64,000 bases of DNA from Armatimonadota bacterium (GTDB lineage: Bacteria; Armatimonadota; SYMT01), in NCBI GenBank assembly GCA_046292385.1, contig JBKBRF010000022.1:47984-111983 (forward strand), read 5' to 3'. The position numbers and the translations under genes are program-made. This document shows, one piece after another, positions 10,153-19,664 of the stretch. Position 1 is the first letter of the stretch, and each line of letters starts with the position of its first letter. Below the pieces are notes generated by a model that worked only from the letters and a program-made list of their open reading frames with translations, was not told where the DNA came from and ran no database searches.

Positions 10153-10379
10153 GCCGGCCGCTCCCCGCCCTCGCCGACCGTTTCCGCCACTTCCAGCTCG
10201 CGCGGCCAGGCGAAGCGGACCAGCACCCACATCAGCGCCGAGGCGAGCAGGCAGTAGGCGAAGTGATAGGCGAGGCCGATCGGCAGGAAGCCGAAGACGA
10301 GGGTCTTATCGGTCCAGAGCCAGGTGTCCTGGTGCAGCAGGATCACCCCCAGCACCAGAAAGCCGAGCAGCCACTTCAT
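10149..10379 (-). CDS. Small two-TM SSS accessory protein (DUF3311-like)
   Basis: LHQDTWLW...[11 protein letters not shown]...WP pattern; translationally coupled to the symporter. Confidence 0.8.
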   Translation of the reverse strand: MKWLLGFLVLGVILLHQDTWLWTDKTLVFGFLPIGLAYHFAYCLLASALMWVLVRFAWPRELEVAETVGEGGERPA

Positions 10380-10431
10380 AACGCCAGTCCTCGCGCTCCA
10401 CCGCCCGCGCGTGCCGTTCGCGAGGGAGCAA

Positions 10432-11976
10432 TCACTCCGGCAGCTCCTCCGCCTTCGGCTCCGGCAGCCAGAAGCTGGTCACGAGCCCGATCGCATAGAC
10501 CGAGAAAGCGACGATCGCGGCGGCGACCGCCAGCTTCTCCGGAGCCGTGTTCCCCGGCACCACGTTAGCGAGCTGGGTGGTGACCAGCGCGGCGGAGGTG
10601 CCGAGCATGCGCCCGCCAATGTTCGCGGCGAAGCTCTCGCCGGTGCCGCGGAGGTGGGTCGGATAGACGCGCGGCAGGTAGTTGCCCCAGAAGCTGAACT
10701 GCGCCACCGTCAGCACCCCCGCGAGGGCGGCGCCGATCGTGAACAGGCTCAGGTTGTCCCGGCCGGGGAAGTAGAAGACGAGCGGGATCAGGATGAGGCC
10801 GGGGATCTGGAAAAGCCGCAGCAGGTTCCCGCGGCTGGCGATCAGCACCGCCAGCGCCGCCAGGATCATGCGCCCCACCAGGCCGCCCATCTCCTGGGCG
10901 AACTGGACGCTCGCCACGTTCGTCTCGGTCTTCTCCCGCACCTCGGCGCCGACCTTCGGGAGCTTCCCGATGATCGCGTCGACCTGCTCCGCGGGCAGCG
11001 CCGCGAGCTGTGGGATGGCACGGACCGCGTCCGGCTGCTGCGGGGGAGGCATGCGCGCCGCTTCCCCGAGCTGGCGCATGGCGGCGGGGCGGGCCTCTGG
11101 CGGAAGCTGCTGCAGCTCGGTCATCTCCGCGCGCATGATGGCGCGGTTCTGGTCGAGCACCTGCGGCAGGCCGGGCACGATGCGCGGGATGTGCTGGATC
11201 GCGCCGAAGGCGGCGCCGTAGCTGCACGCCATCAGGATGGTGGTCACGATGGTGGTGCGGCGGAACGCCGGCTGGAACAGCTCGCCGATGCTGGGACGCC
11301 GCAGCGTGCCCGCCGCCTTCTTGGCCGCCCACGCGGGCGACTCCGGCAGGAACGGCCGGATGATCATCAGCGGCAGCGCCGGGATCACGCCGGAGATCAG
11401 GGTGTAGCGCCACGCCTGGTGGTCGCCGTGGATCGCGGGGAGCGAGTCGGCGTAGAGGACTGCCAGCCCGTAGGCGGCGGTGACCATCACTCCGCCCAGC
11501 GAGGAGGCCGCCTGGGTCCAACCGAGCACCGCCTCCCGCTGCCGCCCGTGCGGGAAGAGCTCCGCGATCCAGGCTACCGCCGCCACGAACTCCACGCAGA
11601 CCCCGATGAAGGTGGTGGTGCGGAAGAAGAGCAGCATCGGGATCGACGTAGCGAAGCCGGCCGCCATCGCGGAGAAGGCGTAGAGCAGGATGCTCCAGAC
11701 CAGCACCTGTCGCCGCCCGAACCGGTCGGTCAGGTAGCCGCCCAGGAGTCCGAAGACGCCGCCGAAGAGCGCGGGGACGTAGAAGAGCATCCCCACCCAC
11801 CGGTTAAACTCCGCCGAGCCCGGCTGGATGCCGCCGAGATCCATCAGCGCGGGCCGCACGATCAGCGGCAGCATCAGCAGCTCATAGATGTCGAACGCGA
11901 AGCCGATGGCAGCGACGACACAGATCAGCCACTGCGTCGTGGTAAGCCGGGGAGCAGCCTGGGGTGACTCGGACAT
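10432..11976 (-). CDS. MFS transporter with an enlarged Pro/Gln-rich loop
   Basis: GFAFDIYE, motif A GYLTDRFGRR, WRY, PES and YPTHLRGTG. Confidence 0.92.
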   Translation of the reverse strand: MSESPQAAPRLTTTQWLICVVAAIGFAFDIYELLMLPLIVRPALMDLGGIQPGSAEFNRWVGMLFYVPALFGGVFGLLGGYLTDRFGRRQVLVWSILLYAFSAMAAGFATSIPMLLFFRTTTFIGVCVEFVAAVAWIAELFPHGRQREAVLGWTQAASSLGGVMVTAAYGLAVLYADSLPAIHGDHQAWRYTLISGVIPALPLMIIRPFLPESPAWAAKKAAGTLRRPSIGELFQPAFRRTTIVTTILMACSYGAAFGAIQHIPRIVPGLPQVLDQNRAIMRAEMTELQQLPPEARPAAMRQLGEAARMPPPQQPDAVRAIPQLAALPAEQVDAIIGKLPKVGAEVREKTETNVASVQFAQEMGGLVGRMILAALAVLIASRGNLLRLFQIPGLILIPLVFYFPGRDNLSLFTIGAALAGVLTVAQFSFWGNYLPRVYPTHLRGTGESFAANIGGRMLGTSAALVTTQLANVVPGNTAPEKLAVAAAIVAFSVYAIGLVTSFWLPEPKAEELPE

Positions 11977-12119
11977 CGTGATTCTCGCGGAGAGGACGAA
12001 GGGAGCGGGTAGTGGGGCGGGGTTGGTTGCAGGTTTTCAGGTTAGCAGGTTGCAGGTTCACACCACGCGGGGCGCCGGAACCTGGAACCTGCCAACCTGC
12101 AACCTGCTAACGAGCGGCT

Positions 12120-13658
12120 TTACTTACCGATCGCGTAGAGGTGGGTCTGGGTCGCCACGTAGAGCGTGCCGTTCGCCACGATGGGAGAGGAGTAGACCGG
12201 CGCGCGCATGTCGATGCGGCCCAGCTCCTTCATCGTCTTGTCGGCCGCCAGCATGATGATGTCGCCGTCCTCGGTGCCGAAGTAGACCTTGCCGTCCGCC
12301 GCCAGGGTGGAGCCCCAGATGTGACTCTTGGTATCGAAGACCCAGTACGGCTTGCCGGTGTTGGCGTCGAGGCAGTGCACGAAGCCACTGTAGTCGGCGG
12401 AGATCACCAGGTCGTTCACGATCGATGGCGTGGAGATCGAGCGGGCGATCTTGTCGTAGCACCAGACCACGCCGCTGCCGCTCGCCGCCTTCGCCGGATC
12501 GATGCAGACCAGGTTGCCGACGCCCTCGCCGTGCTCCGGGTCCTGCCCGATGTTGATGAAGACCTTGTTCTTGTAGAAGACCGGCGTGGAGATCACCTCG
12601 CTCGGACCATCCGGCAGCGCGTACTTGATCGGCTTGCCGTCCTTCGTCCGGTAGTGCGGTGGGTTCAGGTCGACCTTCCAGAGCTGCTTCAGAATGTCGA
12701 GGCCGTCGTCCGCCTTCACCGGGTTCACGTCGTATCCGTAGGCGAAGCCGTCGCCGCCGCCGTAGATGATCTGCCGCTGCCCGTTGACCGTCGCCAGCGT
12801 GGGGGACGACCAGTTGCAGTGCAGGGTGCGGGCGGAGATGCCGTCCGCCTCTTCGGCCATCAGCTCGCCGGTCTGCTTGTTCAGCACCGCAAGGGCCGGC
12901 GCCTTGGGGTTCGGGATGTTGGTGTGGGTCCAGTCGACGCCGTTGGAAGTCGCCAGCACCACCCGGTCTTCCAGGATCAGCAGCGAGTTGCTGGTGGTGT
13001 TGTGCGGGAAGACGCCGAGCTCTTCGCGCAGGTCGTAGACCCAGATGATGTCCGCGTCTTTCGGGCCGACTTCCATCGCCGGGTTGCCGGGGCCCGCCAG
13101 GTACTGGCCTTCCGTCTTGTAGGGGCCGTCGTTCCCGTTCGCCATCCCGTTCACGTCGAGGCAGATCGCCTCGCAGCGGTTGGTCACCAGGTAGACCCGG
13201 TCCCCTTCCACCGCCGGTGAGGAGCAGATGCCGAGATACTCCCAGTCGCTGACCTTGCCGGTGCCGAGCTTGGGTACGGCAAGCTGCCAGAGCAGCTCCC
13301 CGGTCTTCTCGTCGAAACACATCACCACGCTGCGGTCGCCGGTCTGCTTCGGGTTGCGCAGGCCTTCGTTGTTGGTGCCGACGAAGACCTTGCCGCCCGC
13401 TACGGTCGGGTTGCCGTACGACTGCGAGCCGAGCTTGGCCACCCACCGCACGTTCTTGGTGGTGGCCATGTCGATCTCTTCGGTGTTGCCCTTGAAGCGG
13501 CCCGGATCCCACTGCTGCGGGAGCCCGGTCTCGTCCGAGACCATGTTGCGGGAGGAGTCCCGCCCCCACTGCGGCCAGTCGGCCGCGCTGGCGGCGATGG
13601 AGAGAGCGCCCAGCGCCACCATGGAGGCCACGCCGATCCGCCGGAGCTTCGGTGTCAT
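12120..13658 (-). CDS. Exported PQQ-binding-like beta-propeller protein
   Basis: Signal peptide, DWPQWG, and blades DEKTGELLW/DANTGKPYW; distinctive WEYLGICSSP, LHCNWSSP and GQDPEHGEG motifs. Confidence 0.88.
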   Translation of the reverse strand: MTPKLRRIGVASMVALGALSIAASAADWPQWGRDSSRNMVSDETGLPQQWDPGRFKGNTEEIDMATTKNVRWVAKLGSQSYGNPTVAGGKVFVGTNNEGLRNPKQTGDRSVVMCFDEKTGELLWQLAVPKLGTGKVSDWEYLGICSSPAVEGDRVYLVTNRCEAICLDVNGMANGNDGPYKTEGQYLAGPGNPAMEVGPKDADIIWVYDLREELGVFPHNTTSNSLLILEDRVVLATSNGVDWTHTNIPNPKAPALAVLNKQTGELMAEEADGISARTLHCNWSSPTLATVNGQRQIIYGGGDGFAYGYDVNPVKADDGLDILKQLWKVDLNPPHYRTKDGKPIKYALPDGPSEVISTPVFYKNKVFINIGQDPEHGEGVGNLVCIDPAKAASGSGVVWCYDKIARSISTPSIVNDLVISADYSGFVHCLDANTGKPYWVFDTKSHIWGSTLAADGKVYFGTEDGDIIMLAADKTMKELGRIDMRAPVYSSPIVANGTLYVATQTHLYAIGK

Positions 13659-13828
13659 ACTCTGTCTTCCTCGGTGCCCGGTGCCCGCCGACCGATCGGC
13701 CTAGCAGCGAGCGGAGAGTCGTGCTTCTCAAGTGGAAGAGGGTGTAGGGTGTAGGGTCCAGGGTATGGCGGCGGTGCGGCTTCGCCGCGGCTCCGGCCCC
13801 CTGGACCCTACACCCTACACCCTGGCCC

Positions 13829-16132
13829 CTACTTGTTCGGGGTAACGGAGATGTTGTCTACGTAGACGGAGAACTTGCTCTGCGGCGCGAAGCCGAAGAT
13901 GCCGGGAGCGCCTTCCTGGTGCGCATTCTTGTGCGGGACCTCGAGGGTCCACGCCGCCGGCTCCGCGTCGCCCTTCTTCCACACCTTCGCGCGGACCATG
14001 CCGGCGCCGTCCGGAGCCACGTCGACGCGGGTGACCATCCGGTACCAGACCTTCGGCTGCCACGCGAACGGCACCGCCACCTTGAGCCGCTCGTGGTTGG
14101 AGCTCACTTCCAGCTCCTGCGAGTTACCGCTCAACGCGATGGCATACCGCTGGTTGATCAGGCCGATCGTCGACTGGCTCCGCCGGTTGCCGTCCGACAT
14201 CACGTCCGCTTCCAGGGTGTAGCTGCGGGTCTCCGGCTGACTAAGGAAGAGCATCGACCGCTGAAAGAGCGGATTGTCCAGCGTCTTTGCCAGCACCTTG
14301 TTGCCGTCGATCTCCCGCACGTCCCACTTGAAGCGGGCGCCGATCCACGGGAGCGGCGGGTAGGCGAACTTCACCGGCGGCGTATCCATCGTCGTCTCGG
14401 TGAGCTCCATCCCTTCGAAGTCCTGCTTCAGCGGGAGGCCCGGCAGGATGCGGCCGCGGAAGGTGCCCTTCAGGTCGCCGACCGTCGCCTGGAACGCCCC
14501 CGCGGAGGGGGTGAGCGCCGCGTCCGCCACCAGCTCGCCCTGCGCGTTGAAGCTGGCGTTCATCTCGGAGCGGACGCGGGCGGTCGGCGGGATGAATTTT
14601 GCCCACTTCACCTGGTTCGCCGGGTAAACGCCGGTCACGACGCCGTTCGCGTCGATCCCACGCACCCGGAACTTCTGCGTCTCACCCGGCCGCAGCGTCA
14701 CCTCATTCGGGATCACCTGCAGCGCCACCGCGGGGCCCGGCTTCGGGGCCGCGGCTTCCGGCGCCGGCCGCGGGGGCTGTCCGCCGCTGCGGCTGCCGAA
14801 GCAGTAGACCTTCTCGGTGCTGGTGACGTAGACCTTGCCGTTCCAGACCGCCGGCGCGCCGAGGCACTGCCCCTCGAGCTGCACCTTGGTCAGCTCTTCC
14901 ACGCCGGTGTCGGTCGGCTTCAGGATGTAGAACAGGCCGTTGGTGACCGGCACGTAGAGCTTGCCGTCCGCGTAGAGCGGGGAGGCGTGGAGCTCGTCCG
15001 GACCGAGCCGGTGCTCCCACTGGATCTTGCCGGTGTTGGCGTCGACCGCGTAGAGGATGCCCTTGCTCGACATCTGGTAGATGCGGTCACCGACCAGCAC
15101 GGGCGAGGTCGAAAAGGCGCCGAGGTTATTGCGCCAGACTTCCGCGCCTTTGTCCAGCACCGGCGTGCCGCCGCCTTCGGCCGGCTTCGCCGCCGCGTTG
15201 ATGTTGACGGCGATCATCCGGCCGATCTCGGAGGTGTCGAGGTTCTCCGCATCGTGGATCGCGATCGCTTTGTCCTTGTGGAGCACGACCGACGAGTTGA
15301 TCCCACCCGCCGACATCGGGTACTTCCAGATCGGCTGCCCGGTGCGCACGTTCACGCAGACCAGGTTTCCGCAGCCGGTGCCGGTGTACATCACCCGCTT
15401 GCCGTCCTTCCACGCCAGCAGCGGCGGCGCGAAGGAGTTGTCCTTCGGCCGGTCGCCGGGGGTGGAGGCCCACACGAGATCACCCGTGCGCTTGTCGTAC
15501 GCGTAGAAGCGGTCCGCCGCCGGCCCTTCCGCGCCCCAGTTGCTGGTGATGGCGCGGATGATCACCAGGTCGCCGTCGATGATGGCGGAGCCGGTGCGGC
15601 CGTTCGGAAAGGTGAGGCGGCCCAGGTCCTCCATCAGGGAGTGACCCCACTGCCGCTTTCCATCGCCGGAGAAGCAGGCGAACTCACCCGCGGAGCTGAG
15701 GACGTAGACGTTCCCGGTCTCCGGATCGACGGTGGGACTGCCGATCGAGTACCGGTTGTAGATGATGTCGCTCAGGAAGTCGTTGAAATAGTGCGCCCAC
15801 TGCCGCTGGCCGGTGTTGGCGTCCATGCAGACGAGCGCCTCGCGCAGGTCCGGCCCGTCGCCCTCGTAGCCGAAGACGTAGAGCTTGCCGTTGGCGACCA
15901 CCGGCGTGCCGCGGGCGGCGAGCTTGACATCCCAGAGGTGGTTTTCACCCCCCGGCTTCCAGACCGAGGGCAGGCCCTTCTCGGCGGAGGTGCCGTCCTG
16001 CTGCGGCCCGCGCCAGGATAGCCAGCCGGTCGCTTTGGCCTGCGCGGCGGCGCCGGAGACGGCGCACACCCCGGCCAGAGAGAGCGCCAGGCCCGAAACC
16101 AGGGCCACTGGCAGCGACTTCATCTTCCCCAT
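13829..16132 (-). CDS. Exported PQQ-like beta-propeller with Ig-like and C-terminal ConA/lectin-like domains
   Basis: RBS GAGGAG before ATG 16132; WLSWRGP; propeller blades; VIPNEVTLRPGETQKFRVRG (Ig-like); beta-sandwich ending VYVDNISVT. Confidence 0.85.
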   Translation of the reverse strand: MGKMKSLPVALVSGLALSLAGVCAVSGAAAQAKATGWLSWRGPQQDGTSAEKGLPSVWKPGGENHLWDVKLAARGTPVVANGKLYVFGYEGDGPDLREALVCMDANTGQRQWAHYFNDFLSDIIYNRYSIGSPTVDPETGNVYVLSSAGEFACFSGDGKRQWGHSLMEDLGRLTFPNGRTGSAIIDGDLVIIRAITSNWGAEGPAADRFYAYDKRTGDLVWASTPGDRPKDNSFAPPLLAWKDGKRVMYTGTGCGNLVCVNVRTGQPIWKYPMSAGGINSSVVLHKDKAIAIHDAENLDTSEIGRMIAVNINAAAKPAEGGGTPVLDKGAEVWRNNLGAFSTSPVLVGDRIYQMSSKGILYAVDANTGKIQWEHRLGPDELHASPLYADGKLYVPVTNGLFYILKPTDTGVEELTKVQLEGQCLGAPAVWNGKVYVTSTEKVYCFGSRSGGQPPRPAPEAAAPKPGPAVALQVIPNEVTLRPGETQKFRVRGIDANGVVTGVYPANQVKWAKFIPPTARVRSEMNASFNAQGELVADAALTPSAGAFQATVGDLKGTFRGRILPGLPLKQDFEGMELTETTMDTPPVKFAYPPLPWIGARFKWDVREIDGNKVLAKTLDNPLFQRSMLFLSQPETRSYTLEADVMSDGNRRSQSTIGLINQRYAIALSGNSQELEVSSNHERLKVAVPFAWQPKVWYRMVTRVDVAPDGAGMVRAKVWKKGDAEPAAWTLEVPHKNAHQEGAPGIFGFAPQSKFSVYVDNISVTPNK

Positions 16133-16293
16133 CGTCGGAAACTCCTCTCCGTGCGCGTTCGAGGCGCCTGGATCGTCTGTCGACGGCCCCTCTGTAGCTG
16201 AGCGAGCCGGGAAATCAATGGTGGTTGAGGATTTGTGGAGCGGCAGCGCCTTTTCTGTTGCCCTGGCCGCCGCAGCTCCCACGGACGCTCGCG

Positions 16294-17511
16294 CTACTTG
16301 CCGCGAACGTCCACGCAGGTCACCACACCCTGGTGGCTGCGGGCGTAGATCCGGCCGTTCGCCAGCGTGGGCGAGGTCCAGTACGTCCCGCGTCCCAGGC
16401 GCGCCCGGGCCAGCTCCGTGTACTTCTGCGGGGTGGCCTGGACCACCAGCAGCTCGCCCCGCTCCGTCAGTACGATCAGTTTGCCGTCCGCGGAGATCAG
16501 GCCTCCCTTGCCCATTCCACGCTCGCGCCAGCGCTCCTGCCCGGTCTTCCAGTCGATGCACTTCAGCGTGTTCTGATCGTTGCCGAAGAGCGCCCCGGCC
16601 ACCAGCACGCAGCTATTGAAGTGGTTGCGCATGTTCCGGTTCTGCCAGACCGGCTTCGGCCGGCCGCCGGCGAGATTCAGCAGCGCGCCGCCCTTCTCGT
16701 AGTTCGAGGAGATGAAGACGCTTCCGCCGGAGAAGATCGGATCGGCCGCGTTCACGTCGTAGGAGGTCTGCCAGGGGAAGCTCCAGAGCCGGCGGCCGTT
16801 GGCCGGGTTCACCGCCACCAGCCCCTCCGCGGTGAAGAGCGCCACGCCCTTCTGGGTGCCGGCCGTAAACGGCAGCGGCGAGGAGTAGCCCGCGGTGCCG
16901 CCGCCGCTCTTCCAGAGCACGCTGCCGCGCCCGTCCAGCGCGATGCCCGCCGTTCCGACGTTGTAGAGGACGCGGCCCTCGTGCACCAGCGGCGAGCCGG
17001 CGAAGCCCCACCGCGGCACGGCGGCGCCGGTCTCCCGCCGCAGGTCCTTGCCCCAGATCCGGCGGCCGGTGGCGGCATCCAGGCAGAGCGCGTGCCCTTC
17101 CCGGCTCAGGGTGTAGACAACGTTTCCGTCGAGGGTCGGCGCCGCCCGCGGGCCGCCGTAGTCGCCCGCGGCGCAGGCGTAGGAGTACTTCCAGACCGGC
17201 CGGCCGGTATTGGCGTCCAGGCAGTAGACGGTGTCCTGCCCGTTGGCATTCCCCAGCGTGTAGAGCCGGTTGCCGCGCACGGAGACGGCGGAGAAGCCCT
17301 CCCCCACGTTCGCCGTCCAGAGCTGCTTCGGCCCGGCACCGGGCCAGCGAGAGAGCCACCCCTTCTCCGCGGAGATGCCGGTCCGCTGCGGCCCCCGCCA
17401 CTGCGGCCAATCCGCCGCGGCGGCGGGAAGCACCGCTCCCAGCACGAGCAGCGGCACGAGCGCCAGGCGCCGGGAGCCGCCGGGACGGAGCTGAATCGGA
17501 ATGCGTGTCAT
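16294..17511 (-). CDS. Exported PQQ-binding-like beta-propeller protein
   Basis: AAADWPQWRGPQRTGIS, LDANTGRPVW and AGYSSP. Confidence 0.88.
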   Translation of the reverse strand: MTRIPIQLRPGGSRRLALVPLLVLGAVLPAAAADWPQWRGPQRTGISAEKGWLSRWPGAGPKQLWTANVGEGFSAVSVRGNRLYTLGNANGQDTVYCLDANTGRPVWKYSYACAAGDYGGPRAAPTLDGNVVYTLSREGHALCLDAATGRRIWGKDLRRETGAAVPRWGFAGSPLVHEGRVLYNVGTAGIALDGRGSVLWKSGGGTAGYSSPLPFTAGTQKGVALFTAEGLVAVNPANGRRLWSFPWQTSYDVNAADPIFSGGSVFISSNYEKGGALLNLAGGRPKPVWQNRNMRNHFNSCVLVAGALFGNDQNTLKCIDWKTGQERWRERGMGKGGLISADGKLIVLTERGELLVVQATPQKYTELARARLGRGTYWTSPTLANGRIYARSHQGVVTCVDVRGK

Positions 17512-17758
17512 CCTCTCACCTCACCGTCTACAGGAACGCCCGGACCGCAAGGCTCCAACCCGCCGCACGGCGGCTCCCAAGCATCCGGTGGAGACGCGGA
17601 CGTCCATCGTAATTACGAGCCGCGCGAGCGAAGCTCACGACCGCAAATGAATCGCAATATGCTCCCGTTCGGCAAGCGCCGCGCTGGGGCCTGCGCTCTC
17701 GCGGTTTACCGAAGCGCGCGATCTCGCCGGGCCCGGCGGTCCTCCGACGAGGGCAGGC

Positions 17759-18625
17759 CTACCACCGGATCTCCGGGGGGAAGTACTCCGCGATCAGCTC
17801 CCGGTAGTACGGCGTCAGCGCCGCCACGTCCGGGCGGTCCTCGCCTTTGGAGTAGAGGTCGTACGGGTTGAAGGCGCGCACCCAGGGGAGTAGCTCCCGG
17901 TCCCGGGCGTCGGTCAGGTGGGTGTAGGCGCCTTCGCGGTGCCAGGCGTAGAACGAGTGGAAGCGGATCATCGCCAGCGCTTCGGCGGGCAGGTACTCCT
18001 TCACCACCTGGTAGAGGTACTCGTCGTGGCCCCAGGAGAGGTGGACCCGGTCCAGGCCGATGCCTTCTTCATAGATTCCGCAGGGGGTCTGGTACGCCGG
18101 CACCTGTGCGTCCGGGTTCTCCGCGAAGAGCTCCGGGAAGACGACGCGCTCCGAAAAGGCGCAGCCGACCGGGAACGTGTCCCCCACCACCGCCCACTGC
18201 GGCTCCCCGAAGAAGCAGAGCACCTTGCCGAGGTCGTGGATCAGGCCGGTGAGGATGAACCAGCGCGGGTGCCCGTCGCGGCGGATCGCCTCCGCCGTCT
18301 GCATCAGGTGCTCAATCTGGGAGAGGTCGGTATCCGGGTCGCTGTCGTCGACCAGCGTGTTCAGCCACTCCATCGCCTCCCAGATCCCCATCCGGCGGCG
18401 GTCGAGCGACAGGTACTCCGCCTTCTTGCCGCGGACGAACTCCAGTGTCTGGTGACGGTGGTTGAGCCGGTAGAACTCCTTCACGCTCGGACGCGCCTCC
18501 GCGCGATAGTCGCGGAACGCCTCCGGCGCCTTCCCGCCCGCCGCGGGGTAGCGCAGCTGGGGCACCGTCTCCCAGTCGTCGAGATCCGCGAGCGGGGTGG
18601 TCGGGGCGGACTCAGTGGGTTCCAT
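17759..18625 (-). CDS. myo-Inositol oxygenase (MIOX, HD-fold di-iron)
   Basis: [45 protein letters not shown] and DLYSK, all characteristic MIOX motifs. Confidence 0.92.
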   Translation of the reverse strand: MEPTESAPTTPLADLDDWETVPQLRYPAAGGKAPEAFRDYRAEARPSVKEFYRLNHRHQTLEFVRGKKAEYLSLDRRRMGIWEAMEWLNTLVDDSDPDTDLSQIEHLMQTAEAIRRDGHPRWFILTGLIHDLGKVLCFFGEPQWAVVGDTFPVGCAFSERVVFPELFAENPDAQVPAYQTPCGIYEEGIGLDRVHLSWGHDEYLYQVVKEYLPAEALAMIRFHSFYAWHREGAYTHLTDARDRELLPWVRAFNPYDLYSKGEDRPDVAALTPYYRELIAEYFPPEIRW

Positions 18626-18815
18626 GCGGCTCCTCCGGGGCGGGTCCTGCTCCCCGCCACTTCAGATTACCGCGGAGAGGTGGCGCATGAGAAAGCGGGC
18701 ACCGCGGAAGGCTCGGAGATCTTCCGGCGGCGCCCGCCTCGGGACACCCCGACGTTGGCCGGGAGGCGGGATGTCCTGCGGGTCCGTTCCAGCGCTGGGG
18801 ACCGCGAACGGAAAC

Positions 18816-19664
18816 CTATCCGGCTTCGGCCAGGAGCGCCGCCAGCTCGGCGGCGAGGGTGCGGAGCTGGTCCGCCCGGTCCGCCGAGATCTTCTTGCCG
18901 CGCTGCGCGCGGACATGATCGTCGAAGCACCGGAGCGCCGTCCCCGCCGCGGCGAGGTCTTCTGCCTCGACTGCCGCGCGGACCGCCGCCAGCTTGTCTT
19001 CCAGGCTGCTGCCGAGCCCGCACACCGAGCCGTCCGCGCGTCCCGCCGCCAGCGCTTCCTCCAGCGCCTCCAGCGCGGCGCCGATCGGCACCGGCACGTT
19101 CCCGTAGCAGACGTTGTCGACCGCGATGAACTGCGCCTCGCCCGGCACGTTCGCTACCGTCACGCGGGTAATCGTCCCCTGCCGGGCGATGAAGCCCACG
19201 AACGTCGGGCCGCCGTCGGTCAGCGGCACCAGGTAGCTCTGCGAGCCGGCAGTGGTATCGACGATCACCTCCACACCGCCGCCGGAAAGGAGCGCCATCA
19301 CGTCGAGGCCGACCGCCGTCACGCCCGGGTTCACCTCCAGCACCAGCGGGTTGAAGTTCCGGTTGGAGAGGAGCACGCGAGACTGCAGCGCGGGGAGACC
19401 CGGGAAGAGCTCATCGGAGATCACCATGAGATCTCCGGGGTCGCCGTCGGTGGAGCGCAGCTCCAGGCCCGGGTAGGCGAGCGTCTGGAAGTGGGAATTG
19501 TCCTCCAGCTCGGTGAAGTCGAGGCGGGCGAGGTCGTCACCGGAGGCGGCGGCGAAGTCGGCCCGCTGGCCGAAGTACTCGAGCTGCTGCGCGTGGGCGA
19601 CGCGCGGCTGGAGCAGGATGGCGGCCACGAGAGCCGAAAGCAAGGCGAAAGATCGACGGGTCAT
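18816..19664 (-). CDS. Secreted hypothetical protein (TRR signal; beta-rich domain plus helical FIMAH-like C-terminus)
   Basis: MTRRSFALL...AHA signal; C-terminal LEDKLAAV...FDDHVRAQRGKKISADRADQL resembles FIMAH tails. Confidence 0.65.
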   Translation of the reverse strand: MTRRSFALLSALVAAILLQPRVAHAQQLEYFGQRADFAAASGDDLARLDFTELEDNSHFQTLAYPGLELRSTDGDPGDLMVISDELFPGLPALQSRVLLSNRNFNPLVLEVNPGVTAVGLDVMALLSGGGVEVIVDTTAGSQSYLVPLTDGGPTFVGFIARQGTITRVTVANVPGEAQFIAVDNVCYGNVPVPIGAALEALEEALAAGRADGSVCGLGSSLEDKLAAVRAAVEAEDLAAAGTALRCFDDHVRAQRGKKISADRADQLRTLAAELAALLAEAG

